Shown here: positions 18,299 through 27,141 of the stretch, in pieces
Layout of the letters: each line of letters starts with the position of its first letter
Position numbering within the stretch: the first letter of the stretch is position 1
Source: Candidatus Berkelbacteria bacterium
Lineage (GTDB): Bacteria > Patescibacteriota > UBA1384 > CAILIB01
Length of the DNA: 64,000 bases
Assembly: GCA_043751595.1 (NCBI GenBank)
Contig: JAYUZR010000020.1
Span: 336 to 64,335, forward strand
Direction: 5' to 3'
Translations under genes and position numbers: made by a program
The notes under the pieces: generated by a model
The model's input: the letters and a program-made list of their open reading frames with translations, nothing else
Databases searched by the model: none
Told to the model about the DNA's origin: nothing

Positions 18299-18360
18299 CT
18301 CTTTACTGGAGCCCTAATTGTGCCTATAAATACGCTTACTCCATAGGAGGTGGAGCGTAG

Positions 18361-18867
18361 TTGGAAAAAAGAATAGATATTGGCAAGGCATTCGCGCATG
18401 CCGCTATGTGCCTTTCGGCTGTACTGAACGCCCTGCCCACGGGCGAGCAAGGCCGAACAGGAGGAGTACTAACCATCCTCCCCCTTACTCCTCACAGCTT
18501 GCACGGTGTACCCCAAGCTACAATAGATGTAGTCGGCGTACTCGACGCTGAATCTGTGGCAAAATATGCAGGAAATAGCCTGGAGAAGGCGCTGCGCCTG
18601 CGCGATAACCCTCAGCACATGTTCAGTCGCGAGTCTCGCGACGAGGCGAAGGGATTCTGGGCAGGTGCTATCCGGATTGGGGACTACATCTTCAGTTTTT
18701 CGGGCTTGCCCGAAGAAGCAGACGAGTGCCTCATCTTAGTATTGGCGGTGGTACTAGGACTCCTCAACCCTATTCAGGCCGCCGGCCTGGCCACACATCT
18801 AGAAAATACATTGTATGGAAAGCTGATGGAGCAAAGTCAGGATCTGCAAGAGCCTGCCCTAAGCTAA
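18361..18867 (+). CDS. hypothetical protein (GlcG/heme-binding-like motifs)
   Basis: SD AGGAGG; EKALRL, GAIRIG..FSFSGLPEEADE. Confidence 0.7.
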   Translation: MEKRIDIGKAFAHAAMCLSAVLNALPTGEQGRTGGVLTILPLTPHSLHGVPQATIDVVGVLDAESVAKYAGNSLEKALRLRDNPQHMFSRESRDEAKGFWAGAIRIGDYIFSFSGLPEEADECLILVLAVVLGLLNPIQAAGLATHLENTLYGKLMEQSQDLQEPALS

Positions 18868-18875
18868 ATACGACG

Positions 18876-18905
18876 ACACCCCCTGCCAGATCTGGCAGGG
18901 GGTGT
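18876..18905. terminator. perfect 30-bp palindrome between convergent genes
   Basis: ACACCCCCTGCCAGA|TCTGGCAGGGGGTGT. Confidence 0.75.
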
Positions 18906-18919
18906 ATGTTTTTGTCTGA

Positions 18920-19786
18920 CTACTTTTTATTGTAGGACTCAACCCAGTCGGCGTACTTCCTCGCAGCCACTCCATGCTCCCTTCCTTCAGCAATAAGTGA
19001 TGACTGCGCAGCACAGACACCAAGCTCTACGAGTACACCCAACTCAATATTCGTGACGCTTTTCATCACCGTTAGTATCTGTTGACCAAGAACTGTGCGC
19101 TCGACTACCAGCTGACCCTTGGTCACTAACACTCCTGACTTCTGCAGTGCTCGCATCCTTTCCTTTATCGCATTGAAGGGGCCTCCTGCCCCGGGATAAA
19201 GTTGGATAAGTAAACGCCCAGTATAGGCATCAGCATCCATTTGTGCGAGCAAGACGCTCTCGTGACCATTTCGAATAAGGCTATCGTAGAAATACCACTC
19301 CTTAAGGAGTAGAATCCCCAACACCTCCCTTTCAAGACCATAGCCCTGGACAAAGACTAGCGGCTTACGCCCTTTCTCAGAGCTGTTCCCAGCAGTCATC
19401 TTGGAATTAAGTAACCTCTTCCAGAAACTACCAAGTACAGCATCTTCATTAATTATGAAAACTACAGGCAACCCATCATCCACCGCGTTTTTTGCAAGAA
19501 TACCGGTGTCGGTTGGCAATACTGGATACACATACCGCTGTGCACCGCGCAAGTCTTTTTCGAATGGAGTACCAGCGAGACGCGAAAGTGACTCAAGTGA
19601 TTCAACTACCTTTCGGTCGTCTGCACTTAGAACCTTAGCCGCAGTCGCGCGCTTTTCGGGTGTCTCACCAATATAGAGATGCTGCACCCTCTCTACTGAC
19701 GGCGGAATAGTACTTGGAAGTACTTCTTCCTTTTCCCCGCAACCCACAGCAAGCAGACAAAATGCGAATACAAAAAACCATCTCAT
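18920..19786 (-). CDS. hypothetical lipoprotein
   Basis: SD AAGGAGGT; MRWFF...LAVGC lipobox. Confidence 0.75.
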   Translation of the reverse strand: MRWFFVFAFCLLAVGCGEKEEVLPSTIPPSVERVQHLYIGETPEKRATAAKVLSADDRKVVESLESLSRLAGTPFEKDLRGAQRYVYPVLPTDTGILAKNAVDDGLPVVFIINEDAVLGSFWKRLLNSKMTAGNSSEKGRKPLVFVQGYGLEREVLGILLLKEWYFYDSLIRNGHESVLLAQMDADAYTGRLLIQLYPGAGGPFNAIKERMRALQKSGVLVTKGQLVVERTVLGQQILTVMKSVTNIELGVLVELGVCAAQSSLIAEGREHGVAARKYADWVESYNKK

Positions 19787-19885
19787 AACCACACACCTCC
19801 TTAAGGTACAAATCGTGGTGAACCTACAACAAAAAGAGCATGAGAGCAATCAGTCGCTCCTCGTAATTCTTGATATACTGCAGTC

Positions 19886-20530
19886 ATGATCCTCACCCTC
19901 TTCGAACAATCCGGTTTTACCTTAGAAAGTGCAGGCAAAAAGCTAGCCATCGACGTCGGTCGCTTTACGAGCACTGAATCACTTCAAGCCATCGGCAAGC
20001 CAGATTACTCCTTGGTTTCACACATGCATGGGGATCATTTTTATGAAGAGAACCTTACTAGCCTAGCAGCCTCCATCATAACGGTTGCAGAAGTCGCAAG
20101 CCTCATTACCGATACCAACCTCATAGTTACCACCATTACCGAAGGTGAAACTATTACCCTACCTGAAACCCTATTTACGATTACGGCCACCGCAAGTAAC
20201 CATGGCACGGGCATTTCTGCACCAGTAGAAAATATTGGGTTTCTTATTTCAGCAGAAGGAAAAGCTGTGTATTTCTTGGGTGATATGGCTATTAGTACTC
20301 CCCCACCTACGCAAACTTTCAACATTGCCTTAGTCCCAGTAGGGAACCATGGATATGTGTTTACCCCGGAGCAAGCAGCTGAACATATTCAATCAATTGG
20401 ATTCACCGGATTAGTAATTCCAATTCATTACACCAACGGCGATCCAGAATCAGGAAAGATATTTGCCGACCTTATTAAAGCTACAAACCCAGTACAGGCA
20501 TTAGAGATCGGCCAATCAATCCAGCTCTAA
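19886..20530 (+). CDS. MBL-fold metallo-hydrolase
   Basis: SHMHGDH, YFLGD, VIPIHY. Confidence 0.9.
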   Translation: MILTLFEQSGFTLESAGKKLAIDVGRFTSTESLQAIGKPDYSLVSHMHGDHFYEENLTSLAASIITVAEVASLITDTNLIVTTITEGETITLPETLFTITATASNHGTGISAPVENIGFLISAEGKAVYFLGDMAISTPPPTQTFNIALVPVGNHGYVFTPEQAAEHIQSIGFTGLVIPIHYTNGDPESGKIFADLIKATNPVQALEIGQSIQL

Positions 20531-21471
20531 CCCGTAAACGTCTGCGCGCTAGCCTTATTATACTCAGGCCGTATCTCAACTCCGCCCGCCTTCACCTCGC
20601 CGTGCAAATCCGAAACATTGGTATCGGCATCAGGCGCCGTAACGGAAAGATGGGTCACTCGCGCCAGCTGCTTACCCACCGGATTCTTACCCTTGCCAGT
20701 TGAGCAGGATACCAGTACGACCGAGGCGTCATCCTCCAGATGAGTTGCCAGTGTTTCTGAAAAAATATCAAAACTACTTTTCTCACCCTCCTCCCCTTCT
20801 TCCTCAAAACCATTCATCGTAACTTCCGGCAGGCCTTCAGGCTCTTCATCAACAGGTTCATCCACCTCCACCCTTCCACCTTCAACATCATCAAAGGTAA
20901 ATCCTTTTTCAGAGCCATGAGCTACCACAATACCGAAGGATGCCTTGCCATACTTAGCAACCAAGGCGGCGGTCAGCTCCGAGGCTTCTTCCGGACTAGA
21001 CGCCTCTACAACCCGTATAGCTGCCTCCTCGCGTAAGTCCTCATGTAAACCAGATAACTGCGGCATATACTCGAGAGCACCGTTACTATCATACTTTGCA
21101 ACAACCACTATCCCCCACGGCTTACCTGTCATATCACCATCGAGCATCTGCTGGAGAACCTCGGAAGGATAGCGATCTGGGAAATCGATATTAAACTCGC
21201 TCTTTAGCCGGGCGGTATCGAGTGGTGCTTCTTGGGTTTTTTGGTTAAACTCCGGAAAATCTTCTCGCAGACCAAGCTTTGGGTCTAACTGATCAAGCTC
21301 ATCCAGAACATCTTGTAGATTACAGCGAGCCGCAAAGATTTCGAGTGCATGCTGAATTAATTCTACTCTTTCCTTTTGCAACGCTACTTCAGGATTACTA
21401 TCCAAAATACTTTCAGCGATATCCCTCGGGGTTACTTCCGCATCTTCTGGGAGTGTGAACTGTTCGTGCAT
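20527..21471 (-). CDS. acidic hypothetical protein, caspase/CHAT-like His-Cys dyad
   Basis: VVAHG ... VVLVSCSTG. Confidence 0.7.
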   Translation of the reverse strand: MHEQFTLPEDAEVTPRDIAESILDSNPEVALQKERVELIQHALEIFAARCNLQDVLDELDQLDPKLGLREDFPEFNQKTQEAPLDTARLKSEFNIDFPDRYPSEVLQQMLDGDMTGKPWGIVVVAKYDSNGALEYMPQLSGLHEDLREEAAIRVVEASSPEEASELTAALVAKYGKASFGIVVAHGSEKGFTFDDVEGGRVEVDEPVDEEPEGLPEVTMNGFEEEGEEGEKSSFDIFSETLATHLEDDASVVLVSCSTGKGKNPVGKQLARVTHLSVTAPDADTNVSDLHGEVKAGGVEIRPEYNKASAQTFTG

Positions 21472-21527
21472 AGATACATGCTACCAGCTTGGCAATTACT
21501 TGTCGCTTGCGTAGAGTAAGCTCCACT

Positions 21528-22493
21528 ATGTCATTCACTCCCCGCCCCGAAGTCTACGATACGTATTGGTACTTTGCGGCGGAACGGCAAAATACTTTTA
21601 TAAAGCGCCTAAGTGGGGCGAAGGCACCGTACACGCAAGATCCGATTCTGGCGCAGTATAAGTTCTGCAATACGTACCGCGCCCTCGACCGCGAGACACA
21701 GTTTTTAATTCGGGAGGTTATCTATTCAAGTAGCTATTCCCCTCAAGATACGCTGTTTCGGATTATGCTCTTTCGCCTTTTTAACAAACATCAAACTTGG
21801 GTGGCGTTAGAGAAGCTACTGGGCGAAATTAGCCTGACAACCTTTTCTCCGGGAGCCTATAGCGCATTACTCGAAAAGATCCGCGAAGAAGGGCCCATCT
21901 ACGGAAATGCCTTTATTCTTTGCGCTAATAAGGCGTTTGGATTTGATCAAAAACACAATAATCACCTTGCCCTGCTTGAATATACTTTTCTACGCAGTGA
22001 GATGGGTAGAAAGCTAGAAGAGGCAAAAAGCCTCCGTGAGCTCTTTATGGTTTTGCGTGAACTGCCGCTGATTGGCAACTTTATGGCGTATCAAATCGCC
22101 ATAGACATGAATTACTCCGAAGTATTCAACTTTAGCGAGAATGATTTTACGATTGCCGGTCCCGGGGCTGAGCGCGGCATCGCTAAATGCTTTAGCTCTT
22201 ACGAAAAGTCCGATCGCGAGGCAATTATTATGTACATGGTCGAAAACCAAGAAAAAGAGTTCCAGCGGCTAGGGCTCAACTTTGCGCGAATTGGTAATCG
22301 CCCACTGCAAGCCATAGATTGTCAGGGACTCTTTTGTGAAACCGATAAATACTCGAGAGTACGATTTCCAGAATTAGCCAGTAATCGCAAGCAAATAAAA
22401 GCCAGCTTCACCCCAAGCCCAGCACCGATTGAATACTTCTTCCCACCTAAATGGCAGATAGAAGCAATTTGCACCGGGCAACAACTTCTTTAA
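21528..22493 (+). CDS. 5-hmdU DNA kinase-like helical domain protein (aGPT-PPlase1 family)
   Basis: FAAERQ...DPILAQYKFCNTYRALDR, LFRLFNK, IGNFMAYQIAID, GPGA.RG, LFCETDKY. Confidence 0.82.
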   Translation: MSFTPRPEVYDTYWYFAAERQNTFIKRLSGAKAPYTQDPILAQYKFCNTYRALDRETQFLIREVIYSSSYSPQDTLFRIMLFRLFNKHQTWVALEKLLGEISLTTFSPGAYSALLEKIREEGPIYGNAFILCANKAFGFDQKHNNHLALLEYTFLRSEMGRKLEEAKSLRELFMVLRELPLIGNFMAYQIAIDMNYSEVFNFSENDFTIAGPGAERGIAKCFSSYEKSDREAIIMYMVENQEKEFQRLGLNFARIGNRPLQAIDCQGLFCETDKYSRVRFPELASNRKQIKASFTPSPAPIEYFFPPKWQIEAICTGQQLL

Positions 22494-23016
22494 GACTGGC
22501 ATCTATTTCAGAAAAGTTGGTCGTATCGAGCTCAATTAACTCACCTGCTTGAATGGGCTGAATCCGTCCATCACTCAAAAGAGTGCGAAACTTGCCACTT
22601 GTAATATCGCTTGTTTCCATATGGGCCGGGTGACGCTCTCCGGTATCTATACGATTCTTCACTCGCTCCAATAGCACTTCTGGATCAGCTTTAAGAAGAA
22701 CTTGCAGTACGGTACATGAGTACTTCTTGGACCACGCCCGTACCTTGGGGGTATAAAAACCTGCACCAAAGTTACTCTCAACAATAAAGCTCTGTCCGAT
22801 CTTTAAGTGCTCCTCAATAAGAAAATCTAGGATAGCGTATGTGGCGCGACCAACTTTTTGTGACTCTTCTCTATCTGCCACACCAAGCTCATCCGCTAGT
22901 CGCTCTTTAATATCGTCCTTGTTAAGACAGAGGAGATTGAGCTCAGCAGCAAGGCGGCGGCTAAAGCTTGTTTTGCCTGTGCCAGAATGGCCGGTGACGA
23001 TAACTAATAAACTCAT
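22447..23016 (-). CDS. P-loop kinase (AAA_33-like)
   Basis: GHSGTGKT, KDDIKE, R...RHPAH. Confidence 0.87.
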   Translation of the reverse strand: MSLLVIVTGHSGTGKTSFSRRLAAELNLLCLNKDDIKERLADELGVADREESQKVGRATYAILDFLIEEHLKIGQSFIVESNFGAGFYTPKVRAWSKKYSCTVLQVLLKADPEVLLERVKNRIDTGERHPAHMETSDITSGKFRTLLSDGRIQPIQAGELIELDTTNFSEIDASLKEVVARCKLLLSAI

Positions 23017-23414
23017 AGCAATGCGTCCTTCAGTGCGAGTGGCCTGAGATCAATTTCTTGAATACTCGAAAGGCTAATCCACTCTACTCGATAAAAATCT
23101 TCTGTCGTTTGTTTTTCTTCTTCCTGCCACATTGCCCTATCAGGCAACACTCCTTCAGCTAAGGTGGCCCAAAAGAAGTATTGGATCCTGCCGTCTGACT
23201 CATGAAGCTCAGTAAGAGGTTCCCCGATTTCTACTACAACCCCAGCCTCTTCAAGTAATTCACGCTCAGCTGCCTGCTGTGGTGTTTCGCCAGGATCTAT
23301 TCCGCCTCCAGGGGCAATATAGTACTCACCACGCTCATTCTTGCGATACACCAACAAGATAGCGTCTTCATGGCGAACAAGGGCAACTGCTCGGTGGCGT
23401 GGGGATTGATTCAT
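23013..23414 (-). CDS. NUDIX hydrolase
   Basis: GGGIDPGETPQQAAERELLEEAG. Confidence 0.92.
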   Translation of the reverse strand: MNQSPRHRAVALVRHEDAILLVYRKNERGEYYIAPGGGIDPGETPQQAAERELLEEAGVVVEIGEPLTELHESDGRIQYFFWATLAEGVLPDRAMWQEEEKQTTEDFYRVEWISLSSIQEIDLRPLALKDALL

Positions 23415-23480
23415 GCAAGAATACTAGCAGATCTTCCTGACCACGCTTATAGTAAGAGTACTACCCACCTAGCCCTTCCT

Positions 23481-23702
23481 ATGCGAGGCTTTATTCATCA
23501 CCGCACCCCTCATTTTATCGGCGTTGCTCTGGCAACCATTATTACTGGAGCTGGCGTAACTGCCGTTGGTCTTGTTCAGCTTACCTGGAATATTTTCGGC
23601 GAGATGGCATTTAATGCACCCTTCTCAAAAGTAGTGGCTGGCTTGGTTATTATTTCTCTTGGCTATATTCACCTAGAGCTTGAGTTGATTCGGACAAAGT
23701 AA
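23481..23702 (+). CDS. small two-TM membrane protein
   Basis: hydrophobic 73-aa ORF ending LGYIHLELELIR. Confidence 0.6.
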   Translation: MRGFIHHRTPHFIGVALATIITGAGVTAVGLVQLTWNIFGEMAFNAPFSKVVAGLVIISLGYIHLELELIRTK

Positions 23703-23703
23703 G

Positions 23704-24285
23704 TTAGCCAACTAACAGCTTCCGCAACTCTTCCTTCTTTTCTTGACTATATAGCGCATGAATCGCCATGCGCGCCAGCATTCCATCTCGCTCAGCCGAA
23801 GCTTCATCAGCCAGAAAGGAAATAAGCTCATCAAAAGAAAGGGTGGTTAACGCAATCTTTTCGCCTGCATCTAGCGATTGCTCTGCCACCTTTTTAGGAT
23901 TGCGAGCGGCAAAGGTATACACCGACCACTCAATCTTACTTATTGGCTGAAGGGCATCGATTAAGATCCATTCTTCGGCCTCTAACCCTGCTTCTTCGAG
24001 CAATTCTCGCTTGGCCGCAACCAGAGGATCTTCCCCCGCCTCTACTCGTCCACCAATAAAGCCGGTAAATGGCGCCTTACCTGGCTGTTCTTCGTGTACT
24101 AGTGTTACGGTGCCGTCCACATCAACCGGAATGACTAAGACGGTACTTGAGCGAGTAAGCTTTTCAAAAATAGCCGTGGTACCGTTGTATTGCTCTTGCT
24201 CCCACTGGTAGACATCAAACACCTTACCTTCAAATACTTTTTGAGCGTGAGCAGGTAGTGGTTGTTTTGAGGGAGGAATCGTCAT
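23704..24285 (-). CDS. NUDIX hydrolase (ADP-ribose pyrophosphatase-like)
   Basis: KVFEGKVFDVYQW, GGRVEAGEDPLVAAKRELLEEAG. Confidence 0.92.
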   Translation of the reverse strand: MTIPPSKQPLPAHAQKVFEGKVFDVYQWEQEQYNGTTAIFEKLTRSSTVLVIPVDVDGTVTLVHEEQPGKAPFTGFIGGRVEAGEDPLVAAKRELLEEAGLEAEEWILIDALQPISKIEWSVYTFAARNPKKVAEQSLDAGEKIALTTLSFDELISFLADEASAERDGMLARMAIHALYSQEKKEELRKLLVG

Positions 24286-24302
24286 GTACTAATGCTAGCA
24301 GA

Positions 24303-24956
24303 TTATTCCCACGCCGGAGCATGGCATTCGGCGCCATTATTAGCTTGCGTACCCCTACCTGGGTGCGGCACCGAGCGGTCAAGCGCATCACCACTTCCGG
24401 CAACTACCGGGCCACTGGAGAGTGATCCACTGGCCGACCAAGCGTAAGCATCGTTGCTGGTAAGCTCATCAGCAATAGGCGTAACGATCACATATTCATC
24501 TTTACGAGAAAGGCCAAAGTGAGTTTTATTCTGCGCATTTACCAGTGTAGTAGCCGTACAATCGCGCGTGTAATAATACAGCTGAAATCCCGAACCATTC
24601 AGTTCAGGAGTGTCAAAATTAGTAGGCCGGGTATAGCCATTTGAGCTCTCGAATAACCAAGTAATTGGACTAGTAGCATCGAAGGGTGGAACGCCCGTTA
24701 GCCGGTACACATAGGTGTTAGTAGGAGTATCAAGAAAGGGCTGAGTACTAGCAAAATTAGGAGCAATGGCCGCCCCGTGCTCGAGCACAAACCTATCGAC
24801 TGTCCCGCTTAACGTAGCAATAACGGCTTTATTGCGAGCATTACGCGCCTTAACTCGCAAAATAAGAAGTGGCGTAATAATTAATGAAGCTAAAATACCG
24901 ATCAACGCCAATACCACCATAATTTCGATCAGAGTAAAGGCCTTGGTCTTGCGCAT
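24303..24956 (-). CDS. type IV pilin-like protein
   Basis: KA|FTLIEIMVVLALIGILA prepilin motif; C-terminal Cys pair. Confidence 0.9.
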   Translation of the reverse strand: MRKTKAFTLIEIMVVLALIGILASLIITPLLILRVKARNARNKAVIATLSGTVDRFVLEHGAAIAPNFASTQPFLDTPTNTYVYRLTGVPPFDATSPITWLFESSNGYTRPTNFDTPELNGSGFQLYYYTRDCTATTLVNAQNKTHFGLSRKDEYVIVTPIADELTSNDAYAWSASGSLSSGPVVAGSGDALDRSVPHPGRGTQANNGAECHAPAWE

Positions 24957-25056
24957 TTGGATTAGTATGACAGCCCAAGATAGGTGCCAGCAACTACCCC
25001 CTTCCAGTTCCAACATGAAGTGGTAGTATCCGATTACACTACTTCGCTATTTTCTT

Positions 25057-26871
25057 ATGCCTCCAAGAAGAATCCAACCTAAGCCAAAAGCTCGTTCAGA
25101 CCAGCTCGAAGCAGTCTGGTTTACCTGTAAGCTGGCTCTTAAGCTAGAGCCGACTATGTTTGTGGTCACCCTTATTACCGAAATAAGCAGTGCCCTCTAC
25201 CCTATTCTTACCTCGTACCTTGCCGGACAACTCACCACCCAGCTCTATGAAGCGGTAAAGAATCATCAGGATACGGGCAAGGTTTACCCGATCTTAATAG
25301 GCCTTGGTCTACTTGGTGTCTTTTACCGAGCCCTGCAATCGCTCCTTAGAGTTATTCAATCGATAGCCGGCGATAAGTTACGAATCTCAGTTCGCGAAAA
25401 ACTAATTGCTAAGTTTACCAACCTCCCTATCGCTCAATATGAAGAAAAGGTGGTTATGGACCGCCTCGAGCGAGTACGCAGCTTTAGTAGTAATGTTTCT
25501 TGGGTACTGGATACCATTATTAGTATTGGTGGAACCCTAACTGGCGTGGTCGCGGCTGGCATCGCCCTTGCCAGCATTTCTCCGCTAATTGGCGGCGTGG
25601 TTGTTGCCGCACTTATTCCTCTAGCTATTCTTAACCAGCGTATTCGCAAGAAACATACTGAAGAGTGGAAAGAAAACAGCACCAATCGCTTTATTGCCAA
25701 CGATATTGAATCGCAGCTTTTGCAGCCAAGAATCATTCCCGAACTTCGGCTTTACGGATTAGTCGATTTCTTTCTTGCACGGGTACGAGAACTTCGGATG
25801 AGCACGGTTACCATGGAGCGCCGGCAAGAGCGGCAGCGCGCCCTGTATAGCAACTTGGAGAATATTACCGAAACCATTGTCACTACCGGCGCCCTTCTCT
25901 GGGTGGTGGGCAAGATTATCGTTGGCAATCTGGAGGTTGGTAAGTTTGTCTTCTTCCAGCAGGTAATCGAGCGATTCTCTGGCCAGATTAGTAGCCTCTT
26001 GAACCAACTAACCAGCCGCGAGCAAGAGCTGAGCGACGCCCACGACTTTATGCTCTTTATGCAGGAGGCCGATCACCCCGGTGGAGAAACCAGGCTCCCA
26101 GAAGCAGTTCCAACTATTGCCTTACAAAACGTTTCTTTTTCGTACCCTGGAGCCAAGCACCGTGCTCTTGAGGATGTCTCACTCACTATTACTCCCGGTG
26201 AGCGGATTGCCTTTGTGGGAGAAAATGGAGCCGGCAAAAGTACGCTCATTAAACTTATCCTTGGCTTTTACGAGCCATCTAACGGCAGGGTACTAGTTGA
26301 TGAAATCCCAATGCAAGAAGTATTTCAAAAGGACTGGCTGGCTAAAGTTGGCGTACTCTTCCAGCACTTTGAGCACTTCCCCTTTACCACCGTGGCCGAA
26401 AACATCCGCCTCGGAAGGGTGCAACGCGAGACCTCTGAAGAAGCCATTCAGGAGGCCCTCAGCCTGGCCAAGGCCGATAGTTTTGTAAATAAACTCTCTC
26501 ACGGTACGGGAACCTACTTAAATAAGTGGACCAACGAAGAAAACGGGACCGATCTTTCCGGTGGTCAGTGGCAGCGAATTGCCTTGGCTCGGAACTTTTA
26601 CCGAAATCCTCAGGTTATTGTGTTGGATGAGCCCACCTCGGCCATGGACGCCCAGGCCGAGTTTGATGTCTTTAAAAACCTACTGGAGAGCAAAGAGCTG
26701 CAGAGCATGATTATTGTTTCACACCGCTTTAGCACCGTGCGCAAAGCTGATCGTATTTATGTTCTAGAAGCGGGAAAGATTACCGAGCAAGGCACTCATG
26801 GTGATCTTATGAAGCTAGAAGGAACCTACGCCAGACTCTACCGACAACAAGCCGAAAGCTATCAAGATTAA
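25057..26871 (+). CDS. ABC transporter ATP-binding/permease
   Basis: TMD; GENGAGKST, LSGGQWQ, DEPTS, SHRFST. Confidence 0.95.
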   Translation: MPPRRIQPKPKARSDQLEAVWFTCKLALKLEPTMFVVTLITEISSALYPILTSYLAGQLTTQLYEAVKNHQDTGKVYPILIGLGLLGVFYRALQSLLRVIQSIAGDKLRISVREKLIAKFTNLPIAQYEEKVVMDRLERVRSFSSNVSWVLDTIISIGGTLTGVVAAGIALASISPLIGGVVVAALIPLAILNQRIRKKHTEEWKENSTNRFIANDIESQLLQPRIIPELRLYGLVDFFLARVRELRMSTVTMERRQERQRALYSNLENITETIVTTGALLWVVGKIIVGNLEVGKFVFFQQVIERFSGQISSLLNQLTSREQELSDAHDFMLFMQEADHPGGETRLPEAVPTIALQNVSFSYPGAKHRALEDVSLTITPGERIAFVGENGAGKSTLIKLILGFYEPSNGRVLVDEIPMQEVFQKDWLAKVGVLFQHFEHFPFTTVAENIRLGRVQRETSEEAIQEALSLAKADSFVNKLSHGTGTYLNKWTNEENGTDLSGGQWQRIALARNFYRNPQVIVLDEPTSAMDAQAEFDVFKNLLESKELQSMIIVSHRFSTVRKADRIYVLEAGKITEQGTHGDLMKLEGTYARLYRQQAESYQD

Positions 26872-26966
26872 GTGCTCTAGTAGATAACTTCTTTTACCCC
26901 GCGGCCCTCAATGTATCGTTTTTAGCTCGCTCTCGATGGTCAGAGTATTGTGGTAATTACGATTAA

Positions 26967-27015
26967 AACCCATAATTTGTGTCGATAGCGTCCCACTATC
27001 CACTACATATAGGGG
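26967..27015 (+). promoter_or_regulatory. NrdR boxes upstream of nrdA
   Basis: CCACTACATATAGGGG (27000-27015) fits acaCwAtATaTwGtgt; weaker AACCCATAATTTGTGT at 26967-26982. Confidence 0.7.
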
Positions 27016-27141
27016 TTACAGACGGCGAGCACCCACTAGCTAGGCTCGCAGCTTGCCTTCATCACAACCCGAATCCCCCCACCCTAAGCCGCACCCCTTG
27101 CATTTCTTAGGGCTTATTTTACCTGGCTAATTTTCGACACC

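Noticed and set aside
2341-24285. Integron cassette array
   Set aside because: Cassette-like gene content, but genes alternate strands and often overlap, with no recurring attC sites or intI.
26872-27141. Cobalamin or other riboswitch upstream of nrdA
   Set aside because: No recognisable aptamer core; an NrdR box explains the regulation.
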